The translations under genes were made by a program, and so were the position numbers. A stretch of DNA of 56,163 nt from a virus (lineage: Duplodnaviria > Caudoviricetes), in IMG/VR virus record IMGVR_UViG_3300030433_003430, positions 1-56,163 of that record; one strand, written 5' to 3'. This document shows, piece after piece, positions 38,501 to 47,929 of the stretch (position 1 is its first letter; each line of letters begins with the position of its first letter). The notes under the pieces were generated by a model that had not been told where the DNA came from, ran no database searches, and saw nothing but the letters and a program-made list of their open reading frames with translations.

Positions 38501-40453
38501 TAAAATTCTTTCTAATAACCAAACAATTATGTTACCTATACCTTCAAGCATGTCAAAAGTTGGTATTTCTGTGGTAAAAGAGGGTATGTCAAAATCAAAA
38601 TCAAATGAACTGTTTGGAGCTTCTAAAGATAAATTCCCAATGCTTGGATACGACCCGCCTGAAAATGAAAAGTTTCCAGAGTCAAAACCAGATTGACCTA
38701 TAGTAAAATTTCTTAGTTCTTCTAAGCTAAAATCACTTATATCAAAGCCTTGTGCATCAAAATCAATGTTGCCAAAGCTGGGTGCCGATATGCTTCCTAA
38801 ATCTAAAGAAAACGATGAAAAATAATCTTTTCCAATCAAATCTACAAGTCTGTCTATTTCTATGTGTCGTAATATGATATTCCACAACTTATCAAGACCA
38901 CCTAGCCCTAATTTCCACCTTAATGAATTAAGCCAGTCAGCGTCCGAAAATTTATCTCCTGTTTTAATTTCAAAAGAATCTCTAAATCCTGCTCCTAAAA
39001 GCCTAAATGCAAAATCTGCGTCATAATCTCCTAAATTTAAGTTACCAAGATTTATATTTGGATCTAAGAAATCTAGTGATCCCCCGAAAAGCGATCCAAA
39101 AGAAAAGTCAAACGCTTTATCATATGCTGATGATCCAAAATACGTATCTAAATCAAATAAAGTCTTTTTTAGAATAAATTCAAAATCAAATGAAATATCA
39201 AAATCTATATCACCAGACTGACTAATTTTTTTAACTTTTGTGCTTACTGCTTGATTTTTTGATCTATATTCTATAGTTGGCTTGGGATCAATAACAAAAA
39301 TTTCTATAAAATCTTTTACAGTTAGTGAGGGAACACACATTTCTCTTTGTTTTAAAAACATTAAACCCACTCTTGGACTATTAAACGGATAGCTGTTTTT
39401 AAAATCGCTAAATCCCTTTTCTAATCCCACTACCCCATCAGTTATCTCTCCTGAGTAATAAGCACTTATTGGAATATAATCTGGGCCAAATCTTATATTT
39501 ATAAACCCCAAAGAGTCTGTTGATTGTGCAGGCTTATTTAATTGAACCACATCAGATACTGGTATATCATTTTCTTTTAATAAAAATCTAATTTTTGAGT
39601 ATGCATCTGACAGCGACTTGTTTGCTTTTTGAAAATCAAATCCTTTTATCAGATAATCTTCTTTTAGATAAGAGATGTATTTGCTTTTCAAACAATTTGA
39701 TAACTTTTTTTCGTTAGCATCAAGAGAACTAATGGGAATTTGTATTTCTAACTCACTATAATTCAATATTAAAGTTGTGACATCTTCATCATCTTTTGGT
39801 TCTGCTACATCATTATCTAAAATATACTGAACGTAAGTCGCTGGAAATATAACCCACATTCTTAATTTTGAATTTGGTCTAGACGGGAGATACAAATCTA
39901 AAACTTTACAACTCAAATATCCATTTAAGAATTGCTGCTTTTCTGAATCTGTAGCTTGAATTCCCAAATATTCAAACAATTGATCTGTAGCGATTTTCTT
40001 TGCATCTTCTTTGTTTTTTTGTAAATTTTCGCCACCTTGGACACATGCCTCTGGTAATTTAGCACATACCCAATAATTACCTACTTGTGCATCATAGTAT
40101 GGATTGTCTAATGTCCACCAATCTGGCTTTAAAACTACTCCAAGTGGAGACATTTTTTGCAGTTCTATCGGTGATTTTTGAAGTATTAAATCTTTATAAT
40201 TAAAAGTAGGCTCTATAAATTTTGATAAAATAAACCCATAATTTTTAGGGTTCTCATCTTCATCTAAAGTTGCAACATAAGCCCATTTATTATTTCCTGT
40301 AACCCATTCTCTTAGTAAAGATACGCCTGAAGTTGGCGTTAGTTTTTCTACTATACCAGATGAATTATTAGGCTTAACTCTCATTGGTATGAGTTGTGTT
40401 TTTGATGAAATATATCCATCTCCTGTTGTAACGATATGTGTAATTTCTGCCAT
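35504..40453 (-). CDS. 1649-aa hypothetical virion protein with N-terminal SH3b-like domain
   Basis: MRVKPNNSSGIVEKL...V.LL......KWAYV......YGFI.SKFI; lies between the spike and gp25 genes. Confidence 0.55.
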   Translation of the reverse strand: MAEITHIVTTGDGYISSKTQLIPMRVKPNNSSGIVEKLTPTSGVSLLREWVTGNNKWAYVATLDEDENPKNYGFILSKFIEPTFNYKDLILQKSPIELQKMSPLGVVLKPDWWTLDNPYYDAQVGNYWVCAKLPEACVQGGENLQKNKEDAKKIATDQLFEYLGIQATDSEKQQFLNGYLSCKVLDLYLPSRPNSKLRMWVIFPATYVQYILDNDVAEPKDDEDVTTLILNYSELEIQIPISSLDANEKKLSNCLKSKYISYLKEDYLIKGFDFQKANKSLSDAYSKIRFLLKENDIPVSDVVQLNKPAQSTDSLGFINIRFGPDYIPISAYYSGEITDGVVGLEKGFSDFKNSYPFNSPRVGLMFLKQREMCVPSLTVKDFIEIFVIDPKPTIEYRSKNQAVSTKVKKISQSGDIDFDISFDFEFILKKTLFDLDTYFGSSAYDKAFDFSFGSLFGGSLDFLDPNINLGNLNLGDYDADFAFRLLGAGFRDSFEIKTGDKFSDADWLNSLRWKLGLGGLDKLWNIILRHIEIDRLVDLIGKDYFSSFSLDLGSISAPSFGNIDFDAQGFDISDFSLEELRNFTIGQSGFDSGNFSFSGGSYPSIGNLSLEAPNSSFDFDFDIPSFTTEIPTFDMLEGIGNIIVWLLERILSHLILNAIIYLIEQLIAKIQGRSLKGCGDTLADSKISIDNTIVKDYGGSNTNDMIKDSIGIFDDIVYESSLAVIFSSCGVPVLSDEEVLTEDVLYVSKTSAVQYLDAVSNMTTPTELLSLYRGSSSRDLLKEILMLTKESYPNVHFYLNNTTKVETFFACIGDNISEKVIDQTQQDITQTYKNPEVCVDIAQELYEQMKMKCPSDIIIEKTFYYELKSKVDKMKNMVNALEISKGANTTTPNIFDSDGDSGLISTANLKAKNQDFFMERVSETLLSPSRAFLTTESMQYYLKLGERFDKLVNEVLSKENLVFSNTSGNLYMYGTQFGEYELPKMILTPDGEIGITDLIVNYTELDTAVIEAYPTPESVIEIINQTEPSKTVQSSNGLTQQQRILYGTVWNYQKQYAPEDDIYVTDEGEDGLTFSVIESDAIKIPSLPSKLYGLVQELTGFNELEDKFYSLIFKTILENIAKRIASSWTADQTELQQYSNTLSSGVNQIINYDAIKQKISDSYNIGDYENPNDEQIGPKQYGMLIGVLEAHARVYVLEYFLRSTIYYSKFEYPIKNNNFYEISKKYIKTMLKTDSGPELAKLTTVYNQVFDYITGKSDIEITGYTGEDRGIDYYIDSNFYDVYNRFLNVIKSVPNPKIASELDGVFLYPLGSLPVHSYAGQGYINERFEGKELNSVGVNPTSEYSLFGEDSYKYFRRGIFFTQNYVKVTSFSENQSKYNENWESRDNSFRGVANLENIRIILLKALQDNIFSEDTPLSDVFSSIKIGSRMCYGIAYWPDDPMHSKDSTIKDFCETLFDQYPLEQIGDVKPIFTLARYITMSLDKSIICLDGQLPSFKRILGDQFPTYEQAKENGIDLGSNAEILPQDVYTSDGTFSVVIPMFNREQEIDKDLTIAQFLNISDLVSQDLGILKEQYDILRNELINSDEYESLRKICFPLENMLHFSSFSAMQYYTAENAEVITALNETKAALERAATIVFNSKRFDYTGE

Positions 40454-40469
40454 TTTATACTACCAATGC

Positions 40470-41414
40470 TTAGTTAGTCCTATTATATTTGCTTATTATA
40501 AAATTAGATCCACCAGCTTTTAAGTGGTCTAGTTGACTTGTTTTAATATTAACAAGGTTATTTATGTGAGAAGGAAAATCCATAATAGCCATTTGTGTTG
40601 CATCAACTGTGCAAGCCACTGCTGCCTCTATTGACGGGACGGCGATGGGTGGAATAGTTGGTGCTATTATATGAGTATGAGCCGCCATTGCTGCATCTAA
40701 TGCTACTTGCTTCGTAGCTAAAGAATTTACTAAAGAGTTTAAACTTGATAATCTCTTCATCATATGATTTAGTATAGAAAGAAGATCATTTCCTTTTACC
40801 ATAGGCTGCAAATCCTTGTCATCGTTACCAGCTATTAAATCAATTCCTTTTATCTGAACTAGTGCTCCGCCTAAAGAGTTTTGATCTTCTGTTAAGGTTA
40901 CTAACTTAATTCCTTCTCTTCCTATAATCCTAACACTGTCAGCTTTTATTCCAATTCCAGATCTAGCCACTGAATTTCCTACGTTTCCATCTACTAAATT
41001 AAAATTACTATCAATGTCTGTTTTTTGACTAATGTGAATTCTTGCTGCATCTTTTTCAAAGTCTGGGTCTATATAAACTTTTTCTCCGTTTTCATCCGTT
41101 TCAAAAATTTCGCTAGATTTTCTTCCAACAACTATATCAATTGAGCCAGCTTGTGCGTCTCCTCTACCTCCATATCCAGATAAAAGACCAGCGGGTCGGT
41201 CCCTGCCCATAACTATTTCCGAATTATTTTGACCTTTCGCTGCGACAGTTTCGCATGGGGCTTTTCTATAGTTTGGAAGTGCCTCAATCTTTCTATCGCA
41301 TCCGATGCCCTCTAAAGACGCTCTTTCTTTTATTGTTGCATTTTGTATCTTTATCTTTGTTTGAGGAGCAACATTTGATAAATCACTCGGTTTTTTTATA
41401 TCACATCTAGACAT
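40470..41414 (-). CDS. baseplate spike (gp5 C-terminal/gpV-like) protein
   Basis: IVMGRD, SIDIVVGR, ARIHIS, IKADSVRII beta-repeat segment followed by the AHTH apex motif. Confidence 0.55.
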   Translation of the reverse strand: MSRCDIKKPSDLSNVAPQTKIKIQNATIKERASLEGIGCDRKIEALPNYRKAPCETVAAKGQNNSEIVMGRDRPAGLLSGYGGRGDAQAGSIDIVVGRKSSEIFETDENGEKVYIDPDFEKDAARIHISQKTDIDSNFNLVDGNVGNSVARSGIGIKADSVRIIGREGIKLVTLTEDQNSLGGALVQIKGIDLIAGNDDKDLQPMVKGNDLLSILNHMMKRLSSLNSLVNSLATKQVALDAAMAAHTHIIAPTIPPIAVPSIEAAVACTVDATQMAIMDFPSHINNLVNIKTSQLDHLKAGGSNFIISKYNRTN

Positions 41415-41423
41415 AGATTTCTC

Positions 41424-44003
41424 CTATTTAAATTGCTCACTCATAAACACTTTATCAGAGGTTTTGCGACCGGTTTCTACACTTTCCTCTAAAACATAAA
41501 CAGCATAATTGTATCTAACTCCATTTTTAATGACGCCTGATTTTGAAGAAACGAATTCTGTTCCATTAAACCAATTAAGTCTTGGAACTTGAACTTCCCA
41601 AACATACGGTCCAATATCGCTTGGATATATTCCAAACAAATATGCGTTTTCCAACAGCCAGTTCCAAGATAATAGATCATAAAAATTGTCATTATCTTCT
41701 TGCATGCCATTATTGCCAAACTGGAATACCAAACCAGTTTCAAATGAGCTGTGGAAACTATCAACTGGACCTAAAGAAGATTCTATTTTTTGTAAATAAT
41801 AATCATAATCATTTCTATATTTATGATTTTTCCACCCTCTTGACACTCTAAATATACCTGATATGTTATTAGTTGACAGTTCATCTTTTGTTATGACAGA
41901 ATTATCTAAAAATTTAAGCCATGCAAAATTTAATGATTCAATTCTTTTTGCTGCTAAAATGTGAAGTTTCTGCTTTCTACCATTTAAAACAGAAGGAACA
42001 TTAACTAAATTATCTGCGTAATCGGATATTTCTCCATAAGAATATACTCTAACACTGTTTCTTCTTAATGATTTTAAGTCACGATTAGTTTGCCAATTGT
42101 CTGGCTTTATTGCAATATCATTAATCAATTTCACTTTTGTTGCAATATTTTGTCTAACTATTTTTGTTGGCTCACTTATTAAATTTCCATTTTTATCTAC
42201 TTTTTGTTTTAGTATTCCTGCTATAGTATTTTTTTCTGGTAATAAAAAACCTCCGTTAGTGCTATAAAAATTACCACCTTTACTTGTCAAAGTAGGATAA
42301 TTATTTTGAGCAACAACAGGAACTTGAGAGCCGACATTTAATTGCTGACCCGGAGATAGTACAATCGGATTGCTTTCATCTGCATAGACTCCAATTGGAC
42401 CCCAAAGCGCTTCTCCAAGCCAGTTATATCCATTTCTTTGTCTTTTTGCATTACCGGCAGAAAACCTCTTTAGCCTTTCTAAAGCTTTTTGATCACCTTG
42501 ATTTGCCTTTTTTATATATGCATTTTTATACCCTGCTGCAAGATATGACCAATGAAGCTTATCAAACGCTTGCGCTGCTGTATAGCCTTGATTATAAGCA
42601 GCGTTGCGGAGGTCTTCAAATCTTAAAACTGTCAGAGCCCATCTGTCCATTGTTATTCTAGGATCTAAGGCGTTGTAATATCCTGCTACTTTCTTTCCAG
42701 TTCTTAAAGGCGGCGGTGGATTTGCTGCGGCCATTCTATCATCGCCTGCCTCAAGACCTTCAAGATAACTTACATCTCTAGCTACTATGTTCCCGCTGCC
42801 ATCTATATCTGGCAAGATGGTTGCACCATCTGTATACCCTATCTTTTGCTTTATATCATCTGGTAAAAATGAGCAAGCTTTTTTTATAAAAGAAAGTTTT
42901 TTTGCTGCACCCATACCAGTGTTATTTGTTATCTGAAAAAGTCCAAAGCCCGGTCCATACATTGGATATGGCTGACTTTTGTTCTCCCTAGCATTTGGAT
43001 TCATTCCAGATTCACCACCCGCCTGAACTATCGCCGCTGCTGACCATGAAGCTGACCACCCGAGACCCAGAGTCATTCTATCAAAAATGTACTGTGCAGC
43101 TTGAACTCTAGCTGGGTCATCAGCAATATTGTTTCCTCTGTATGTTCTAAATGTAGGTATTTTATTTCTTACAGCACTCACGGAGGCTGGGGTTCCCGGA
43201 GGTAGATCTCCAGCTTGATAAGAAAAAGGTGAACCTCCGTTAATGTAGTTGCCATCTGCTGGTAATGTTGGTACGCTTCCTGCGCCTCCACCTAGAAAAG
43301 ACGCTTTTGGATTTTGTTGATTATATGCAGTGTTAATCGTCATCCTTTCATAGTTGACCGGCTTTAAGTAAATTCCTCCAATTTGACCCGCACCTCTATC
43401 AACAAAATCAACCCACACTAGTGATCCTAGCTGCGGAGTGAGCGAAGCAATTGAAGAATCAGTGCTTGAAAACAAAGGATACATTTTTATAATTTGATTA
43501 TCATCAGGCTTAACTTTATTTACTTCTCCATAGCTTTGACCAGAAGAAGATTGCGATGAGTTATCTGATTCTGGTAAAGTTTTTGGAATCGGTAAATGTA
43601 CATGAAGTTCGGGTATTCTTACTCTGATTGTTAACATTGGGGTAACATCAGCTTGGGATCTTCCATTTTGTAATTCTGCTCTTTGAATCCAGTTTTTAGT
43701 TAATGAAGCAGGGTTTGGATTGTCTGGTGTGGCTTCAATTCTTAGCACAACTCCAATATAAGGACCACTCTCTTTATATAAGTCTGGTACTAGTTGGCTA
43801 CCTATGATTGCCCTTGTTTGACCAAAAAAATCAGTTTGAGCTAATGGACCAATGCCCATGCCAGATAAATTTTCTCTTAACTTTGTATCAAATAGAGGAT
43901 TTAATGTGCCATATTGTGCATTTAAATAAATGTAATCGCTTGTAGAAGAGGCATCAGCCCCAATTGTGCCAGATATTGTTTGCAAATTTGATGGACTAGC
44001 CAT
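41424..44003 (-). CDS. gp5-like hub protein: OB fold, tail-lysozyme domain and degenerate M15/VanY-like domain
   Basis: IRVRIPELH...PQLGSLVWVDF (OB fold); AAAIVQAGGESGMNPNARE...GFGLFQ (lysozyme-like); WNWLLENAYLFGI at the C-terminus. Confidence 0.65.
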   Translation of the reverse strand: MASPSNLQTISGTIGADASSTSDYIYLNAQYGTLNPLFDTKLRENLSGMGIGPLAQTDFFGQTRAIIGSQLVPDLYKESGPYIGVVLRIEATPDNPNPASLTKNWIQRAELQNGRSQADVTPMLTIRVRIPELHVHLPIPKTLPESDNSSQSSSGQSYGEVNKVKPDDNQIIKMYPLFSSTDSSIASLTPQLGSLVWVDFVDRGAGQIGGIYLKPVNYERMTINTAYNQQNPKASFLGGGAGSVPTLPADGNYINGGSPFSYQAGDLPPGTPASVSAVRNKIPTFRTYRGNNIADDPARVQAAQYIFDRMTLGLGWSASWSAAAIVQAGGESGMNPNARENKSQPYPMYGPGFGLFQITNNTGMGAAKKLSFIKKACSFLPDDIKQKIGYTDGATILPDIDGSGNIVARDVSYLEGLEAGDDRMAAANPPPPLRTGKKVAGYYNALDPRITMDRWALTVLRFEDLRNAAYNQGYTAAQAFDKLHWSYLAAGYKNAYIKKANQGDQKALERLKRFSAGNAKRQRNGYNWLGEALWGPIGVYADESNPIVLSPGQQLNVGSQVPVVAQNNYPTLTSKGGNFYSTNGGFLLPEKNTIAGILKQKVDKNGNLISEPTKIVRQNIATKVKLINDIAIKPDNWQTNRDLKSLRRNSVRVYSYGEISDYADNLVNVPSVLNGRKQKLHILAAKRIESLNFAWLKFLDNSVITKDELSTNNISGIFRVSRGWKNHKYRNDYDYYLQKIESSLGPVDSFHSSFETGLVFQFGNNGMQEDNDNFYDLLSWNWLLENAYLFGIYPSDIGPYVWEVQVPRLNWFNGTEFVSSKSGVIKNGVRYNYAVYVLEESVETGRKTSDKVFMSEQFK

Positions 44004-44287
44004 TAGCCTGTCTCCTTAATTAAGTCAAACAACTCCTCCTTGTCTTGGCTGCTTAACTCATCAGAACCTGCTGTTTTCTTTTGAATAAGTGCACTTACTT
44101 TTACAAGTTGTTCATTTGATCTTTGTAAGGTTTCAACATATTTAGCAGCGACAGTTCCAACTTTTTCTTTGCGTTCGTCGTCTTTTTTCATATAATCCAT
44201 CAACTCCATGAGTAGAGTTGTGGTAATAGCTCGGTCGCTTCTTATGTTCTTAATTGCTTCGTCAATGTATGAGTCTAGGTCTTTCAT
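44003..44287 (-). CDS. small helical protein, possibly small terminase-like
   Basis: 94-aa helical ORF with late motif upstream; only weak resemblance to T4 gp16-type proteins. Confidence 0.35.
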   Translation of the reverse strand: MKDLDSYIDEAIKNIRSDRAITTTLLMELMDYMKKDDERKEKVGTVAAKYVETLQRSNEQLVKVSALIQKKTAGSDELSSQDKEELFDLIKETG

Positions 44288-44294
44288 AGTAATA

Positions 44295-44302
44295 TAAATA
44301 GT
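44295..44302 (-). promoter_or_regulatory. ACTATTTA motif (putative late promoter) at the head of the structural module
   Basis: 7 nt upstream of the SD-less ATG 44287. Confidence 0.55.
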
Positions 44303-44308
44303 GCTAAT

Positions 44309-44989
44309 TTATATTTCTCCACGGTCCCATTTCTTTTTAAATACTCTATACCTAACTCTCATTTTATTTAAATTGTTGACAACTTGTTTTGTGTTAAGAC
44401 CTGTAATTTCTCTGATATAAAAATAAATGGCTTTTTTATTGTATATTTCAATGCAATCGGGAGAAGACAATAACATCCGAACAGCTTCATACACCTTTTC
44501 TTCGTTTGGCTTCATTGTAATTGCTTTTTCCCAATGATTAATCTCTTCCCAAAGATTTTTCCAAAATTCAAAGTCTTCTCTAGCAGCGTCATATTCGTGC
44601 TCTACAGTTATCTTTGTCATATCAATGTTTTTTGGAAGATCATCTATTTGAACTTCTCTTTGATTGCTTTGGTTTGTTTTTCTAACTTTGTGAATAAACC
44701 AGTTTTTAGTAATCACAGAGAAGTATGAAAAGGCTTTGGATCCTTTGTTTGGGTCATATTTATCCAAAATAGTTGTGAGCCAAATTTTGCATTCATCTTT
44801 TAACACTTCAATATTTGGTAGGGAAGTAAATCGGTAAGTATATATGATCTTATCAACCATCTCGTTGAATGCAGGCTCTATATATTGAATATATAATTCA
44901 GTTCTTATTTTGATATCATCAGTTCTTGCATATTGAACAATTGCATCTTCATGAACTTTTGTAAAATATAGGTTCTTTTTTTTAGCCAT
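44309..44989 (-). CDS. phage sigma factor, T4 gp55-like
   Basis: YFT...AIVQY, KII.TY.F and LDKYDPNKGSKAFSYFSVITKNWFI (sigma region 2 signature). Confidence 0.75.
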   Translation of the reverse strand: MAKKKNLYFTKVHEDAIVQYARTDDIKIRTELYIQYIEPAFNEMVDKIIYTYRFTSLPNIEVLKDECKIWLTTILDKYDPNKGSKAFSYFSVITKNWFIHKVRKTNQSNQREVQIDDLPKNIDMTKITVEHEYDAAREDFEFWKNLWEEINHWEKAITMKPNEEKVYEAVRMLLSSPDCIEIYNKKAIYFYIREITGLNTKQVVNNLNKMRVRYRVFKKKWDRGEI

Positions 44990-44990
44990 A

Positions 44991-45299
44991 TCAGTCTAAT
45001 TCTATTTCATTTATTTGGTCCACCCTTTCTTCTGTTAGATTATAAACATCGTTAAATTCTTTTACATGATCAATAATTTGTCTAGAGTGAACTATTAAGT
45101 TTTTAATGCTTGGCTCGCCATAATACATTTCCATTTCATATAACTGCTGTAAATGATTTTGGTAGGAAGCCAAGTCTTCTACCAAATTGCCCATATTATC
45201 AGACACTGATAGGAGTTTACCGAGCATTTTTCGGATATACCAAAGCAAAACACAATTAAGTGTTACAGATAACACTAAGAAAAAAATAAGAAGGCTCAT
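44991..45299 (-). CDS. small membrane-anchored coiled-coil protein
   Basis: N-terminal TM followed by a helical region. Confidence 0.6.
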   Translation of the reverse strand: MSLLIFFLVLSVTLNCVLLWYIRKMLGKLLSVSDNMGNLVEDLASYQNHLQQLYEMEMYYGEPSIKNLIVHSRQIIDHVKEFNDVYNLTEERVDQINEIELD

Positions 45300-45535
45300 T
45301 TGTACTCTTGCCTCGCTTCTTTCTTATCTTCCCTTAGCTGTTCTTTTGCTTCTTCAATATGTTGTTTCACAATATTGCCAGCAGTATTTTTTTTAAAATA
45401 TGTTGGCATAGAAGGCACCCTTGTTAGACTTCCTTCTGCACCACAAATTTGGCATACAGTTTCAATGCTTTTCATAGAGTGAAATGCTTCAAAGTGCTCG
45501 TCACACTGCTCACAGTGATAACAATAGGTCGGCAT
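45296..45535 (-). CDS. FmdB-family zinc ribbon protein
   Basis: MPTYCYHCEQC...FE...CQICG...LTRV; true start likely 45535. Confidence 0.8.
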   Translation of the reverse strand: MPTYCYHCEQCDEHFEAFHSMKSIETVCQICGAEGSLTRVPSMPTYFKKNTAGNIVKQHIEEAKEQLREDKKEARQEYK

Positions 45536-45536
45536 A

Positions 45537-45749
45537 TTATCCCTCAGTTTCTTCTGGGTCTTCTGTTCCCAATTTAACAAGGGGGGGATTTTTGACAAAG
45601 AGTTCTGCTTCGGCTCCCTCTTCTTCGGCAGCGGCAACAAACTCAAACCCCTTTAACACTGGAACAATGTCGCTTTGCTCCAAAAGACTTTTCTGGAGAG
45701 CCATCATTACCGCTCCAACTGCTTGATCTGACATATTATAATGTTTCAT
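45537..45749 (-). CDS. hypothetical protein
   Basis: 70-aa ORF with AGGAG RBS, fits the gap. Confidence 0.6.
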   Translation of the reverse strand: MKHYNMSDQAVGAVMMALQKSLLEQSDIVPVLKGFEFVAAAEEEGAEAELFVKNPPLVKLGTEDPEETEG

Positions 45750-45753
45750 ACTA

Positions 45754-46734
45754 TTATTCTCCTATTTGTTTTTTAAAGTATTCCAAGTCTGCCTCAAACA
45801 TCATTTTAGCAAGACCTTCAAATGTCACTTCAGGTTCCCAACCTAACTTTTCTTTTGCTTTTGTAGAATCTCCAAGAAGGTATGGTACTTCCTGTGGTCT
45901 GAAAAGTCTTGGGTCAATCTCTACATATTTATCAGCACTTCCCAATCCTGCTTGGTCAAAAACTGCATCTAAGAATTCTTTTACAGAGTGCGTCTCTCCG
46001 GTTGCAATAACATAATCATCGGCTTCTTCTTGTTGCAACATCATCCACATAAGTTTTACATAGTCACCAGCAAATCCCCAATCACGCTTTGCATCAAGGT
46101 TTCCTAAAAATAATTTATCTTGGAGACCCAGCTTGATTCTTGCGGCGGCCATTGTAATCTTTCTTGTGACAAAAGTTTCACCTCTTCGGGGTGATTCATG
46201 ATTGAAAAGAATCCCGCTACAAGCATACTGCCCATAAGACATTCTATAGTTTCTTACGAGATTATGAGCGAAAACCTTAGCGCAAGCATAGGGACTAGCT
46301 GGCATTAGCCTTGACTCTTCATTGAAAGGATAATTTGGATTATCTCCATACATTTCTGATGAAGATGCCTGATACACTCTACAGTTAGGTGCCAACTCTT
46401 TTGCAGCGTTAAGTAATCGTAAAGTACCCATAGCAATACCGTCTACTGTATGCTCTGGGATTTCAAATGAAACTCTAACATGAGATTGTGCTGCCAAATT
46501 GTAAATTTCGTCTGGCTTGTATTTATTAATAATTGACCACATGCACCCAGCATCGTTCAGGTCAAAATATTCTAATTTAAAATTAGGATTATTAAAAAGA
46601 TGATCTACCCTATCTGTGCAGATGAGAGATGTTCTTCTTTTCAGACCAACTACTTGATATCCCTTTTCAAGCAGCAACTCAACCAAATAAGATCCATCTT
46701 GTCCCGTAATCCCCGTTACTATTGCTGTTTTCAA
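45754..46734 (-). CDS. gmd: GDP-mannose 4,6-dehydratase
   Basis: [52 protein letters not shown] and RDWG. Confidence 0.97.
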   Translation of the reverse strand: MKTAIVTGITGQDGSYLVELLLEKGYQVVGLKRRTSLICTDRVDHLFNNPNFKLEYFDLNDAGCMWSIINKYKPDEIYNLAAQSHVRVSFEIPEHTVDGIAMGTLRLLNAAKELAPNCRVYQASSSEMYGDNPNYPFNEESRLMPASPYACAKVFAHNLVRNYRMSYGQYACSGILFNHESPRRGETFVTRKITMAAARIKLGLQDKLFLGNLDAKRDWGFAGDYVKLMWMMLQQEEADDYVIATGETHSVKEFLDAVFDQAGLGSADKYVEIDPRLFRPQEVPYLLGDSTKAKEKLGWEPEVTFEGLAKMMFEADLEYFKKQIGE

Positions 46735-47645
46735 TTTACTCCTCTTACATTTGGATAATTCATTTTAAACCATTCACAAGTCTTTTTTAAGCCCTTTTCT
46801 AGCGAAGTATAATTTTCTTTTTTCCAACCTAAATCAAGCAATTTTTGATTAGAACTTGGCTTTCTATATTGACCGGACGGCTTTTCGGTTTGCCAGACTG
46901 TATCCCCCTCATAGTCTAATAACTTACAGATCATCTCAACAACATCTCTAATACTATATTCTTCGGTGTTTCCAATATTTATTGGCTCTGGCTCGTCATA
47001 GTTCTCTAATAAAAACAGCAAAATCTTTGCAATATCTTCTGAATATGTAAACTCTCTGAGTGGGTTTCCGTCTCCCCAGCATTCAACATAACCAATTTTA
47101 TTTATCTTGGCCTCCCACACTTTTCTAATAAGAGCAGGTATAACATGACTATTTTCTAAATCAAAATTATCATTTTCGCCATACAAATTATTTGGAATGG
47201 CTGTAATAAAGTTGCATCCATATTGTTGTCTGTAAGCACGAGACATTACATCTACCATTCTCTTGGCATATGCATATCCAAAATTAGAATCATGTGGTGG
47301 GCCAAAGTGCAATTGATCTTCGGTTAGTGGATACTTAATGTATGGTGCGTCAGGATACACACAAGTTGAAAGAAGAGACACAACTTTATGTGCCTTGCCA
47401 GCATAGGCATAATCAAGTATCTTTTGATTTATGATAGAGTTTTCGTGATAAAAGTCTGCAATATAATCTGTATTTGCCTTTACACCGCCAACCTTTGCGG
47501 CAAGATGGATTACAGATTTGCCATTTATATCATAAGATAAATTATGGAACTGTTCTCTTGTTATATATTCTGCTTGTGACAAAATACCTTTAAAAGCAGA
47601 GCCTACCATTCCAGATGCGCCTGTAATTATAAATTTGTCTACCAT
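46731..47645 (-). CDS. fcl: GDP-L-fucose synthase
   Basis: [47 protein letters not shown] and WGDG.P.REF. Confidence 0.93.
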   Translation of the reverse strand: MVDKFIITGASGMVGSAFKGILSQAEYITREQFHNLSYDINGKSVIHLAAKVGGVKANTDYIADFYHENSIINQKILDYAYAGKAHKVVSLLSTCVYPDAPYIKYPLTEDQLHFGPPHDSNFGYAYAKRMVDVMSRAYRQQYGCNFITAIPNNLYGENDNFDLENSHVIPALIRKVWEAKINKIGYVECWGDGNPLREFTYSEDIAKILLFLLENYDEPEPINIGNTEEYSIRDVVEMICKLLDYEGDTVWQTEKPSGQYRKPSSNQKLLDLGWKKENYTSLEKGLKKTCEWFKMNYPNVRGVN

Positions 47646-47923
47646 ATTGATATCCTTCCCAAACATATGTCTTTAAACATTATCCAATCCGCCAATTTTG
47701 CTTTTATTGGATTATTAAAAGCAGCCGGTTTATTTTTTTCAAAAAAATGGTGTCCTGACCATGCAAATGGATATATTATAAAAGGAGCCAAAATTAATAA
47801 TTTTAAACTAAACATCAAACACCAAATAACGTAGATTATGGTGGTCCACTGCCCAACATAGTGCATCAACCTGCACTTTGGATTCTTATGTAATTTTAAA
47901 TAATATCTATAATATTCTTGCAC
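47639..47923 (-). CDS. DUF962/Mpo1-like membrane protein
   Basis: YL.LH....R.MH.VG...AW.GH.FFEKNKPA.F. Confidence 0.8.
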   Translation of the reverse strand: MQEYYRYYLKLHKNPKCRLMHYVGQWTTIIYVIWCLMFSLKLLILAPFIIYPFAWSGHHFFEKNKPAAFNNPIKAKLADWIMFKDICLGRISIW

Positions 47924-47929
47924 AATGTA

